Below are positions 34,849-44,445 of a stretch of DNA of 64,000 bases, one piece after another; position 1 is the stretch's first letter; the number at the start of each line of letters is the position of its first letter. The translations under genes and the position numbers were made by a program. The DNA is from a virus. Where the stretch lies: IMG/VR virus record IMGVR_UViG_3300031566_003932; one strand, written 5' to 3'. The notes beneath the pieces are model-generated. The model saw nothing but the letters and a program-made list of their open reading frames with translations, did not search any database and had not been told where the DNA came from.

Positions 34849-36336
34849 TTAATTTCTCAATAATCTATTGTAATAAGCGATTCTAGGGAGTATGGAGATT
34901 TCTCCCCCCGCCGTCACAATCTCACTCGCCCCGATATACCAAGTTGAGCGTGTTTGCCCCTCTATATCATCCGTAAATGTACCGCTTAAATCCTCCCCAT
35001 CATCCACGATCGCCAAGTTTGTTACATCTCCATCAGAATCTAAGCGGTAATCGTCATTAGCATAATCCTTAAAAACTGAATTGGTATGGACGTCCTTGCT
35101 CTGATAGGCTTCATCGGGAGAAGTATCATCTTCAGAGATGTTGTAGGCATGAGTACCAAATCCTCCACCGGCATCGGAGTAATCCTCACCACCAGCGTCA
35201 GCTTGACAGAGGTTATTCTTGACTGTTAGTGTTCCAACAACCTCAGCCGTGAGTTCTCTAATATTATTATAATTGCCGATACAGGTATTGTTTAGAATAT
35301 ATTTATCTCCAGATGAATCGCCTGAAACTCCTAGTCCGTGGTAATTAGCGTTTGTAAATCCATAACAAATACAATTCCTTACATTTATATTCCTTGCTGC
35401 ACCGTGATGATCGATGCCCCAATTAGAACTAACATCCCCTTTGAGGAGGAGGCGATTCAAGGTCATTACGCCAGTATCAGCACCATCTCGCAACTGTACA
35501 CCAGAGTTATAGGATCCTGATATATCAAATGCTAGATTTGACACTTCAATATTGTCGAATTTTCCTGCAATGCTTTCTTTAAATTGGATTATATCCCAAG
35601 TACCCATATTTATTCTGGCTCCATTCCCATATGCCCCTCCATTATGTTCATCTCCACTCTGAGCTGTGAGTTTGAAAAGATAAGTAGCTGTATCAACATC
35701 AAAATATACTTCAGCGGTAGTACTTGTTTCTTCATTATTGTGTTCCCCTGTGAGATTGCCTGTCAATGGGCCGGTGCCTGGATCGATGATATCTGCTTCA
35801 AAGGCGTTGACTGTATCGTAGTTAAGACCAGAACCGATTGAGAATGTTCCTTCTGCAATCGTGCCCTTTGACAAAGTATAATCTGAAGGCAATCGTTGAC
35901 CTACATATTCATTCTTGATAATCTGATCAAAGGCTCGTTCTATATAAATTAAACCAGGATCTTTTTCCTTGTTGTAGATTGCATCAAACTGGCTTTTGGT
36001 AATAAGACCAAGATCAAGTAGTAACTTATAGTCAATGAACCAATCTCGCCGCCTGAGTCGTTTTTCATCAAGTCTTGCTGTGCGTTCCCAGGGATATTTC
36101 CCTTGAGAATCTACAGCCACAAGATATTTCTTGATGTTGTCATAGACCTTTTGACCAGGCCATTTCCAATTGGTAGAACCACGTAACTGCCAATAATCAC
36201 CTGGTAATGTGAGGACACAATGATGCTTCCTGGTGATACCACCATTATGAAATCCATCAGGGCGAATGTCGATTATCTGACCATCACGCCAATATCTGGG
36301 GTCTTGTGAACCACCAACTTTGAGTAGAAGTTCCAT
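34849..36336 (-). CDS. Virion protein with putative parallel beta-helix domain
   Basis: INVRNCICYG, ILNNTCIGN, VKNNLC stacks; DYRL and DDIEGQTR...IGASE tail. Confidence 0.6.
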   Translation of the reverse strand: MELLLKVGGSQDPRYWRDGQIIDIRPDGFHNGGITRKHHCVLTLPGDYWQLRGSTNWKWPGQKVYDNIKKYLVAVDSQGKYPWERTARLDEKRLRRRDWFIDYKLLLDLGLITKSQFDAIYNKEKDPGLIYIERAFDQIIKNEYVGQRLPSDYTLSKGTIAEGTFSIGSGLNYDTVNAFEADIIDPGTGPLTGNLTGEHNNEETSTTAEVYFDVDTATYLFKLTAQSGDEHNGGAYGNGARINMGTWDIIQFKESIAGKFDNIEVSNLAFDISGSYNSGVQLRDGADTGVMTLNRLLLKGDVSSNWGIDHHGAARNINVRNCICYGFTNANYHGLGVSGDSSGDKYILNNTCIGNYNNIRELTAEVVGTLTVKNNLCQADAGGEDYSDAGGGFGTHAYNISEDDTSPDEAYQSKDVHTNSVFKDYANDDYRLDSDGDVTNLAIVDDGEDLSGTFTDDIEGQTRSTWYIGASEIVTAGGEISILPRIAYYNRLLRN

Positions 36337-36359
36337 TTACTTCCTTATTGCATCAAGAA

Positions 36360-36689
36360 TCACTCCGAAGAAACACGGAGGCCGCTGTATGGGTCCGATT
36401 TTCCCTTGTACAAAGGGACGGCTAGATCAGACCAGACCTCCCCGTCGAAACTCGCCTTTGCGTTAAAGATTATTTTCGGCCCAGCTGGGTCAAATCCGGG
36501 TAAAGCGTGATAAACCGAACCATCAACAGCTGCATCTTCTACGGGTTGCTCTACCCCATTGATAATCACAATTACCTTTGTCACGCCAGGATTAGGGTCA
36601 CTGACCAGATAATATGTCTGGCCGAATGCCAGCACGGGCAGCAAAAGCGCCATGAGGCATATACCTATTAGAAAAGCTATTGTTTTCAT
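36360..36689 (-). CDS. Small secreted beta-rich protein
   Basis: MKTIAFLIGICLMALLLPVLAFG signal peptide. Confidence 0.6.
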   Translation of the reverse strand: MKTIAFLIGICLMALLLPVLAFGQTYYLVSDPNPGVTKVIVIINGVEQPVEDAAVDGSVYHALPGFDPAGPKIIFNAKASFDGEVWSDLAVPLYKGKSDPYSGLRVSSE

Positions 36690-36701
36690 ACTAGATACCT
36701 C

Positions 36702-39620
36702 CTAAAAGTATTTCTCCTGATAAATGTTTGTCTTGGCATCGATGAGTTTCGCTGTCAAAACCTTGATGTCTTCCTTATTCATAAACGTGCCGTCAAAGAT
36801 ATTCTCTACAATCCGGCCCTGATGCTCAAGGGAGGCCATGATACTCGAATTGACCCGGCCCCTTCCTGCCTCATCCAGATTCGGGGCAAGATTAGAGGCC
36901 AGATCCAGATAAGAAAACCTGATCCCCTGCCCGTTATTCAGAATCTTCACGGCCTCGCTGTAATACTGCATTCCGTCAATGCACATCCTGAGCTCATCCT
37001 TTACCAGTAGGTCGCGCCAGAGTTTCACGGCTTCTTGAGCGTATTGTTTGAGTTGTTCAGTGAATTGCCCGCCGTTGCCTTCCAGGGTGTATTTGATATG
37101 ATGGATAAGGTCACGCATCCAGAGAAAGCAACCGAGCCGCCGTTCTGGGTACTTCACCCGGTCCGCTTGCATAAGTGGCCAGTTGCGCTGAAACCGTGCC
37201 CGCCTGATCAGCTCCGTTGCATACCCCGTGTGCATAATAGCGATGTCATCCAGCACACAAATCTTGCTGATACCGCTATTCATTTTCTCTTCCGGATGCT
37301 CGTGAACCATGCCAAAGAACCGGATTCCCTTGTGATTGCGAAATATCCGGGCCGGGAGGTCCGTCTTGAACAGAGCTGCCGGTTCCGTTGCGTAATGATG
37401 CTGTCTGACCGAATATCCGTTATAACAATTCTGTCTCAAATGCTGTGGCAGGTTCCGGGCGTTTTCAAGAGTTTCGTCGCTATCAATCCATAAGATCCAA
37501 TCCATGACCGCTTTTTCGATTGTCCGGTTGCGGGCCTCGTCAAAACCTTGTTCAAGAGGCGACTTGATCTTGAAAGTCTGTGCTCCGAATTTCTTGGCCA
37601 CACGTTCGGTCTCATCGGTCGTGGTCTCATCAATGCCGATAATAATCTCATCGGCAATAGATTGAATCGTTTGCAGGGTCTTCCCGAGCGTATATTCAAC
37701 ATCCTTGGCAATCATACAGACTGAGAGTGTTTCCCGTGGTGCCTGGCTTATGAGTTTTCGCTTATAATTGATCTCGCCCGTGGGAAGACCCGAGCTCTGA
37801 AAGGTCAATAGCCAGTGACCGACATAGCCCTTAAAGGTGTAAAGGCTGGGTATGGCGATCAGCTTATAATCTCGCTGATTGCCCCATATCTCAAAAATGT
37901 CCTGCCGCTCGAAGTGGTGAATATGCGAACGCCATCCTTTTTCCTCTTCATATCCGAGAGCCTCCCATGCACCGGAGGGAACAGTAATAAGCATGTGACC
38001 GTTTGGCTCAAGATGCTGCATAAGCAAATCCGAAATCTCGGCCACATTTGGTATGTGTTCAAAAAGTTCTGAGGCAAGAATCATGTCGTATTTGCCTAAT
38101 TCCTGGTGCATTTCCTCAAGTTTTCCGCAAATGAATTTCACCCGACCTTGAGTATTGGCCTGTTTCTCCCAGGCGCGAGCCTTGTCAATATTCGACTGCA
38201 TGAAATCAAGGCCGGTGAATCTGGCTTCAGGCATCCTGCCGGCGAGATTCATCGTATAATGACCGTGAGCGCATCCGAAGTCGAGTACGTTTTTCGGCTT
38301 CAATTCCTGTATTTTCTGAAACATCTGCATAAATCGGCCATTACGTCCAAGATCCTCCGGGCCATAATGCACACCCTTTTTCTCTTCGTGGGCGTAATAC
38401 CGTGTGTAGTGGTCTTCATACTCACCGGAGAAATAGAAATAATAATTCTTTTTGAGATCGGGCCGGGTCTTTTCCGCTCCGTCCTTAACTGCCGCCACAA
38501 TATCGCTTTGCTCTTCAAGGTGCTTGTGTAAGCGATAGGTGTTTGCACTCCGTTCCCTGAGCATGTCTTCAAACTGCTTTTCCCATTCTGCCGCGATATC
38601 GGGCCACGCCTGCCGCTTTGCTTTGGCCTTTTTGTGTAGCCCTATCCATTTATGCAGGGCCGTTCTCACAGTCTTTGCAAAGAGCTTCTTATCGACCCCG
38701 CCGTCTTTGTCTAGATCAAGCAGGATCGCGCCCGCTTCATTCATCGTTTCCGGGAGGGCCGCCGTCTTGAAGGCAATAAACGGGGTCCCGCAGGCGTTAG
38801 CCTCAAGTGCTACCATGCAACTCGTATCTTCAAAGGTCGTGGGGTAGACATAAAGCATACACCGGGCCATGAGTTCGGCAAGTTGCCGTTTCCCGAGAGG
38901 CCCCACGTTTGTCACGTTCTTTCGGTCATCACAGCATTTCCAGAGATATTCATAATACTGCCTTAGCTGCGGGACTGTGTTATCATACCCGCAGACGTAT
39001 AAGTGACAATTAGGGAGCTCATCCATAATGCCTTTGTCGCCCACGAGATTTTCAAGACCCCGCTCCGGGCGCGAGGCATAGATGAGGGAATTCGGCTCAC
39101 GGTCGAAAAGTTCAAGTCCTTCATATTCCTGATAATCGATGCCGTTCTTTGTGGCCGTGATATATTCTTTTGGGATTCCATAAACATCCGAGACCTGCCG
39201 CTTGTGGAATTCCGAAACCGTGAAGACCTGATCAACATACATGAGTTGCGCTTGCACCATCATGCCATGGCGATGCAAAGCCAGATCATGCAACCACCAC
39301 ACATTGAGCTTACTGTTAATGATTTGCGTGAATGAATGCCAGTGACGCTGTGCAATCACTACATCATAGGGTGCTCTCATGACGTAATGGAAGCGATCAC
39401 CAAGAGGCATATTTTCTCTTGGAGTGCCTAAAAACTCGTAGGTCACGCCATCCCATTTGCCGCATTGCTGCTCATTTGTAAAAACGATTACACTATGGCC
39501 GCGCTTTACGAGTTCGCGGGCCATGTAATACCCGGCGCTTTCCGATCCTCCGAGACTTTTACCGTCTGGAATGGTTGCGCCGTTAAATGGCATGCCGGGA
39601 ATTGCCATTGCGATGTGCAT
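36702..39620 (-). CDS. Tri-domain GT4 + SAM methyltransferase + GT2 fusion
   Basis: GT-B: GGSESA, YASRPERGL, FEDTSCMVALEA; MTase: VLDFGCAHG, SELFEHI; GT-A: SVCMIAKD, WIDSDE, VHE, HTGY. Confidence 0.88.
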   Translation of the reverse strand: MHIAMAIPGMPFNGATIPDGKSLGGSESAGYYMARELVKRGHSVIVFTNEQQCGKWDGVTYEFLGTPRENMPLGDRFHYVMRAPYDVVIAQRHWHSFTQIINSKLNVWWLHDLALHRHGMMVQAQLMYVDQVFTVSEFHKRQVSDVYGIPKEYITATKNGIDYQEYEGLELFDREPNSLIYASRPERGLENLVGDKGIMDELPNCHLYVCGYDNTVPQLRQYYEYLWKCCDDRKNVTNVGPLGKRQLAELMARCMLYVYPTTFEDTSCMVALEANACGTPFIAFKTAALPETMNEAGAILLDLDKDGGVDKKLFAKTVRTALHKWIGLHKKAKAKRQAWPDIAAEWEKQFEDMLRERSANTYRLHKHLEEQSDIVAAVKDGAEKTRPDLKKNYYFYFSGEYEDHYTRYYAHEEKKGVHYGPEDLGRNGRFMQMFQKIQELKPKNVLDFGCAHGHYTMNLAGRMPEARFTGLDFMQSNIDKARAWEKQANTQGRVKFICGKLEEMHQELGKYDMILASELFEHIPNVAEISDLLMQHLEPNGHMLITVPSGAWEALGYEEEKGWRSHIHHFERQDIFEIWGNQRDYKLIAIPSLYTFKGYVGHWLLTFQSSGLPTGEINYKRKLISQAPRETLSVCMIAKDVEYTLGKTLQTIQSIADEIIIGIDETTTDETERVAKKFGAQTFKIKSPLEQGFDEARNRTIEKAVMDWILWIDSDETLENARNLPQHLRQNCYNGYSVRQHHYATEPAALFKTDLPARIFRNHKGIRFFGMVHEHPEEKMNSGISKICVLDDIAIMHTGYATELIRRARFQRNWPLMQADRVKYPERRLGCFLWMRDLIHHIKYTLEGNGGQFTEQLKQYAQEAVKLWRDLLVKDELRMCIDGMQYYSEAVKILNNGQGIRFSYLDLASNLAPNLDEAGRGRVNSSIMASLEHQGRIVENIFDGTFMNKEDIKVLTAKLIDAKTNIYQEKYF

Positions 39621-39634
39621 ACAGTCCTCCTCTC

Positions 39635-39913
39635 TTAGATGCTGTCGATTTGCAATTTGCTTCTTATCAATCCGATAAGGGCATCTTTGTTGATGTATTT
39701 GGGCGGTAATTCAATGCCCATTGCCTCTGCCTGTTTTTTCAATTCCTTGTAAGTTAAATCCTTAAGGTCAATCCTGGTCTCTACCCCTTCGCCCTCGTCC
39801 GCCGTATCAAAGACTTGATCGGGCCGGGGCAAGTCTGCTTCGGTCAAACCCCGTTTGAAATCGTCTTCCGTGGGCTTCATGAGACCTTGTCTGATTGCGT
39901 CATCTCGTAACAT
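39635..39913 (-). CDS. Small protein with Rho-N/HeH-like C-terminus
   Basis: DLTYKELKKQAEAMGI...KDALIGLI. Confidence 0.6.
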   Translation of the reverse strand: MLRDDAIRQGLMKPTEDDFKRGLTEADLPRPDQVFDTADEGEGVETRIDLKDLTYKELKKQAEAMGIELPPKYINKDALIGLIRSKLQIDSI

Positions 39914-39931
39914 GATTTTCCTCTTTTGGAA

Positions 39932-39949
39932 GGGGGCCCGGAGGCCCCC
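39932..39949 (-). terminator. GC hairpin after the capsid gene (weak terminator or stabiliser)
   Basis: GGGGCC-CGGA-GGCCCC; poor U tract. Confidence 0.35.
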
Positions 39950-39963
39950 GATCCGGTTAAAGG

Positions 39964-40944
39964 TTACACACTGGTTACATGAGTCATGAGAAAGGCGAGA
40001 TTCTTGGCCGTAATCTTCTCATCCTGGTAGTAACCAAGCTCGATTTCCTCGCTCTTGGTCTTCGGGTCAAACGGATGCCGTTCTGCGATCATGTTCGGCA
40101 AGCCCGGTTTGGTCCATCTGAAGGAGTACATAAAACTAGGTTCCTCAATGCTCGGGCTGGCCGGTGCATAATAAAACAAGACATGATCACCCCAGAGCGG
40201 GCTTAATGATGCGGTTTGACCTTCCTGCGTGGTGCTGTAGTAGGCCCTTCCGACATGGAACGCATCAAGCTCGAAAATTCGCTTGAACTGCTCCACACTG
40301 GCATATCTGACACCCACTTCACCAGGTGCCCCGGCATAACCGTATATGATTGAGATCACGTCGGCATGCTGCCTGAAATTCCGCCATGCCAGCTCGCTCA
40401 TAATGCAGCGGTTTGGCCTGTATCCTGTTGAATCCTGGACGTTAGCGACTGCCTGCCAGCAATCGGCCAACGGAGTGCTATAACCGGTTCTGTGCTCTAT
40501 CCAGTCAGACGTGATAGTGGCATAAGAGCCACAATTGCTTCCACTGGTGCACCTTAGAGCTACCCGTTGCTCCCAGGACAACATGAGTTTGCTTTTGATG
40601 AATTTTGTCCGGCCTTCCCGCATGTTACCGATGAAAACCGGGTCCATATTTTCGCGATCCTCAAGATTCAAGGGCATTTTGAGAGCGTAATTCTTCGCGT
40701 TATAGCTTTCAGATGAGACACTTCGCTCGATCTTGTTCGCTTCATCTCCTGGTGCCCTCTTGTCATCCTCAATCCTGAAAGCGTCCGCATGACTCCAAAT
40801 GATGTAAGTATCGCTTTGTTTTCCCACCGAAACGATGGGGGCAATAACATCGGCAATCATGCCTTTAGGTTCGTAATTGATCGCCACATTCGACAAATGC
40901 TGATCAATATGCAGGTCGTGACCTGTTGCTCCTCCTCCTGCCAT
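39964..40944 (-). CDS. Major capsid protein
   Basis: 326 aa after decoration genes; HIDQHLSNVAINY, IAPIVSVGKQSDTY. Confidence 0.85.
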   Translation of the reverse strand: MAGGGATGHDLHIDQHLSNVAINYEPKGMIADVIAPIVSVGKQSDTYIIWSHADAFRIEDDKRAPGDEANKIERSVSSESYNAKNYALKMPLNLEDRENMDPVFIGNMREGRTKFIKSKLMLSWEQRVALRCTSGSNCGSYATITSDWIEHRTGYSTPLADCWQAVANVQDSTGYRPNRCIMSELAWRNFRQHADVISIIYGYAGAPGEVGVRYASVEQFKRIFELDAFHVGRAYYSTTQEGQTASLSPLWGDHVLFYYAPASPSIEEPSFMYSFRWTKPGLPNMIAERHPFDPKTKSEEIELGYYQDEKITAKNLAFLMTHVTSV

Positions 40945-40962
40945 TTTCGTTCACCTCCTAGC

Positions 40963-41343
40963 TTATAATGAGTCCACGCTTTGATACATGGGCGCTGCAA
41001 AGTTAAAGAATCCTGTTCCGATACTGCCACTGGTTGCGGCTGTTGCCCCCCCCCGGCCTATCGTGTAATAACCGCTGGCAGCGGTTACGAAATACCCCGA
41101 GGTCGTGACCCTGAGCTTGTTACCGACACCGATCGCAAGCCCGGCACGATACTTGAATTCTCCGATTACCCCATAATCAACGTGCTCATTGTTTTTGGCT
41201 TTGTTAAGAATGATTCCACCGGCCTCATGAGAGCTATTCGCTATCTGGCCATCATCCAGGGCGATAGCGAAATACTGGTGAGTATCAAGAGCTTCACCGG
41301 CTTTGATTGTACTTGTAACTGCAAGTTGTCCTTGTACTGCCAT
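40963..41343 (-). CDS. Capsid decoration/cement protein (DUF2190-like)
   Basis: Gly/Ala-rich; VTTSGYF; between protease and capsid. Confidence 0.7.
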   Translation of the reverse strand: MAVQGQLAVTSTIKAGEALDTHQYFAIALDDGQIANSSHEAGGIILNKAKNNEHVDYGVIGEFKYRAGLAIGVGNKLRVTTSGYFVTAASGYYTIGRGGATAATSGSIGTGFFNFAAPMYQSVDSL

Positions 41344-41356
41344 AAAACTTCACCTC

Positions 41357-42076
41357 CTACATTGATGTAACAGCGCCTATGATCCCGCCGAGAAATATGG
41401 CTGCTCCGACGTCGGCACTTCCGATATTTTCCAATGCTCGGGCTACGCTATAATCACCGGAAGCGACTGGAGTGAAATAACCGGAAGTTGTCACAGTCAA
41501 ATTATCGCCATAGGTACACACTACTGCTGGACCCAGTCGCACCTCCATGACACCGGCTATGCCAAAATTCCGAGCAGTCCCGGCGACTGCCGCGCCTAAA
41601 GCCACGGCATTGGCCTCTATGCCAAGATCGGCCTGTTCGTGATCATTCAAAGCCATGGCCGTCCCTGCAATCATGGCAACACTTGACGTCATTGAATAGA
41701 TCCAAATATTTGACTTGTCTGATCCAGTCGGAATGTTAAAAAGCCCTGTTCCCAGTGACCCGGAGGTCACGGTGGCTTTGGCTTCTCCTAAAATCGGATC
41801 GTTGCTATCGGCGGTTGTAAACCAGCCGGAAGTTGTTACTGTTAGCTTTGCGCCCTTTGAGATTGCCAGCCCGGCGGCAAACTTCAATTCGCCTATATAC
41901 CCGAGCGACAGGAATTCCCCGCTCTTGGGTTTATTCAGCAAAATGCCGCTTGTTTCCTCGCCGTTATTGGCGAGCAATCCGTCAACTAGGGCGATAGCGT
42001 GATACTGAAAAGCAGACGTGTTCAAGTCTTCTTTGGCCTGTATTGTCGTGCTAAATCGCACATTCTGAGTGGCCAT
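41357..42076 (-). CDS. Tandem double DUF2190-like decoration protein
   Basis: Two internal copies, each with VTTSG[WY]F; similar to 40963-41343. Confidence 0.7.
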   Translation of the reverse strand: MATQNVRFSTTIQAKEDLNTSAFQYHAIALVDGLLANNGEETSGILLNKPKSGEFLSLGYIGELKFAAGLAISKGAKLTVTTSGWFTTADSNDPILGEAKATVTSGSLGTGLFNIPTGSDKSNIWIYSMTSSVAMIAGTAMALNDHEQADLGIEANAVALGAAVAGTARNFGIAGVMEVRLGPAVVCTYGDNLTVTTSGYFTPVASGDYSVARALENIGSADVGAAIFLGGIIGAVTSM

Positions 42077-42104
42077 GTACTATCACCTCCTATATATGAC
42101 CTTC

Positions 42105-43607
42105 TTACAGGTCTTCGTAAGCATATCGTTTGGCAAGATCCGCATCGCCTTCAAGCACGGCCTTGGAAGCCTCGGCGTAGTTCACGTCCTTATGATCGGC
42201 CATGTACTTCTTGGTCTTGGCCGTGAGTTCCTCGCCTACGGTCTTGTATTCCTTCTGCTCATCGCCAGTGCCTTCCTTGCCCTTTTCGGTGATATCAAAC
42301 ACCTTGGCATGAGTTTCAAAGCACTTCTTGAAGGCATCGAAGGTGATCGAGAAACCATGATCATCCGTATAAACGTGCTTCTCCAAGTCGTTGACCAGGA
42401 TATCGCGGGCCGCGGGTGTCATCTTGCCGTCTTTGACCATCTGCTCGCAGAACGTCTTGATTTCATCCGTCCGGGCCGTTTTCAGACCATCGGCTTTCTC
42501 TTTCTTCAAAGCCTCGGCCTCGGCCTTGTAGGTCTTGCTCTCGCCTTCCGATTTTGTTAAATCGGCTTTTGCCGCATTCAGCTCATCAGTGAGCTGCTTA
42601 ATCTTTTCATCAGACATTTCTTCAACCTCCTCGTCTGTTTTAATTTCCCCGCTTTCATTGACTTCAAAGCTATAACTGGCCATTTTCTCAAACGTCCCGA
42701 CTTCGGGAGTCATGGACAGATAGGCTTCCAGGTCTGCAAGATTACTGACGGCGGGGATATCTGCGCCTAGTAAACCGACGGCGGAAAGTACCCGTTTGAA
42801 TACCTTGCCGCTCTCTTTCAAATTCCAGTAAATCTCGGCGCTCACCCTCTTGTAACGTCCAGAGGTGATCGCCTTATAAAGTACGTCAGGCACCTGAGTC
42901 ACAGTGGCGATAAGTTTTTCACCGACTTTCTTGAGGCCCTTCACCCAGCCAAGGGCGGGCTGGCCATCTTCCAGGTGCATTTTATTGTCATGTGCAAGTT
43001 TCAGGGGCGGTTTGATTTTCTCCTGCAGCTCATAGAAAGCATGAACCATTTCGTTCAAGTCGCCCTCGGTGTATGCGTCTCCGTTCCAGATTCCGGTGCT
43101 GAAAACCTCGACATCGAACTCGTGGGTCTTTTCCTCAGTGGCATGGCTCCTGTTCCCTGCCTGCGTTTTCCTGTCTACCCACTGGCAATTTTTGGGTTCA
43201 TAATTGCCATCGTTATTTGTCCGGTCGATTGTGTAACCGTCCGGTCGCGGCCCCATATCTTTCATAAAATCGTCAAAACTATCCTGCCAGCGTTGGCATA
43301 CGGAAACCCCGCGGCCTCCGTATCTTGCATAATCCTTGTCATTGCTATTGACACAGCGTGACTTCATGGAAGTCCAGACCGAATAGTCTTGCTCTCTCGA
43401 CATGGCCGCCGTTTTGCTCCATTTACCCTCTGCGTCCTTGGTCCATCCCGCGTTTTTCACGGCTCCCCAGCCGATCTTCGCCGCCATCTCGTCATCTCCG
43501 GGGGTCTTGCCTAGAGAACTATTCGCAGCATTGCGCCAGATTTCTTGTGCGCTCGCGGGAAGCACTTTCACTCCATCGGGCAAACTTTCTAATGTTGGGT
43601 ACGGCAT
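42105..43607 (-). CDS. Head maturation protease/scaffold (Mu gpI-like) with N-terminal ChaB-like domain and in-frame HNH domain
   Basis: AAKIGWGAVK ChaB; YGGRGVSVCQRW...IDRTNNDGNYEPKNC HNH; LKLAHD, PALGW, YKRVSAE, LLGADIPAV protease; helical scaffold tail. Confidence 0.85.
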   Translation of the reverse strand: MPYPTLESLPDGVKVLPASAQEIWRNAANSSLGKTPGDDEMAAKIGWGAVKNAGWTKDAEGKWSKTAAMSREQDYSVWTSMKSRCVNSNDKDYARYGGRGVSVCQRWQDSFDDFMKDMGPRPDGYTIDRTNNDGNYEPKNCQWVDRKTQAGNRSHATEEKTHEFDVEVFSTGIWNGDAYTEGDLNEMVHAFYELQEKIKPPLKLAHDNKMHLEDGQPALGWVKGLKKVGEKLIATVTQVPDVLYKAITSGRYKRVSAEIYWNLKESGKVFKRVLSAVGLLGADIPAVSNLADLEAYLSMTPEVGTFEKMASYSFEVNESGEIKTDEEVEEMSDEKIKQLTDELNAAKADLTKSEGESKTYKAEAEALKKEKADGLKTARTDEIKTFCEQMVKDGKMTPAARDILVNDLEKHVYTDDHGFSITFDAFKKCFETHAKVFDITEKGKEGTGDEQKEYKTVGEELTAKTKKYMADHKDVNYAEASKAVLEGDADLAKRYAYEDL

Positions 43608-43631
43608 TTTCCTTGTCCTCCATCGGCCAAC

Positions 43632-43674
43632 AAAAAAGGGAGCAATCTAGTGGTTCTGGCACCAGACTGCCCCC
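43632..43674 (-). terminator. Intrinsic terminator-like hairpin before the protease gene
   Basis: GGGGGCAGTCTGGTG / CACTAGATTGCTCCC (15 bp with G-U pairs) then T6. Confidence 0.6.
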
Positions 43675-43734
43675 TAAAATGTTCTGCTCTAAGATTCGCG
43701 GGTCCTAGAGTGGCCTTACTTTATTTAACGTGAA

Positions 43735-44445
43735 TCATCCATTTATCACCTTGATTATCTGCATATTCTCAGGCACTATTTGATGACATTTATGGCAAAG
43801 TTCATAAGGCTCAAGTCTGAATTTCGTAATATCATCAAAGATATTCCCGAGCATGCCTTTCTTTGCTGCATCCAAGCAGCACGTAGTTATGTCACCATTG
43901 CTATAAACCATGACCTGGCCTCTCTCAAGCCAGGGGCAGGCGTATTTGACAGGACTTTCAAACCAATCGACTTGACCGGCCCAATTATTTGGGAGTGTCA
44001 CCGGGTCAATTGTAAGTCGCCCAGCGATACCGAGCTTTCGAAATATCTCAATCGTTCTTGCCGTTACGCGAGGGTCGCCATGATAGGTGATATCGATTGC
44101 GGTAATTCCTGCATTCTGCAAGTTCCGGGCAAGTTCCTCAGTCATCAACTTTCCATTAGTGTTTGCGTGTATGATCTGCCGTATAGGTAGCTTATTACGA
44201 GCATGCTTGACCATCTCTGCAAGATCGGGGTTTAACGTAGGCTCACCTATGCCAAATAGGTTTAACTCGCGCTGTGTGCCCTGTTTGCAGAAGTGGGCCA
44301 CCCATTCGATAGCCTTCTCAAAGACCTTCATGCTCATCAAGCCCACTTCCCGGAACTTCTTTTGAAAAGGAGCCGGGCAGTAGGGGCATGTATTGTTACA
44401 GAGGCTTGAAACCTCGATGCTATTTATGGTTGTTATCGGCTGCAT
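43735..44445 (-). CDS. Radical SAM protein with twitch/SPASM-type domain (paralog 2)
   Basis: CNNTCPYC, GIGE, TNG, NWAGQ, C..CC..CxxC. Confidence 0.9.
   Translation of the reverse strand: MQPITTINSIEVSSLCNNTCPYCPAPFQKKFREVGLMSMKVFEKAIEWVAHFCKQGTQRELNLFGIGEPTLNPDLAEMVKHARNKLPIRQIIHANTNGKLMTEELARNLQNAGITAIDITYHGDPRVTARTIEIFRKLGIAGRLTIDPVTLPNNWAGQVDWFESPVKYACPWLERGQVMVYSNGDITTCCLDAAKKGMLGNIFDDITKFRLEPYELCHKCHQIVPENMQIIKVING

Noticed and set aside
43140-43400. Intein carrying the HNH domain
   Set aside because: No Hint-domain motifs, no C-terminal HN followed by C/S/T, and too short
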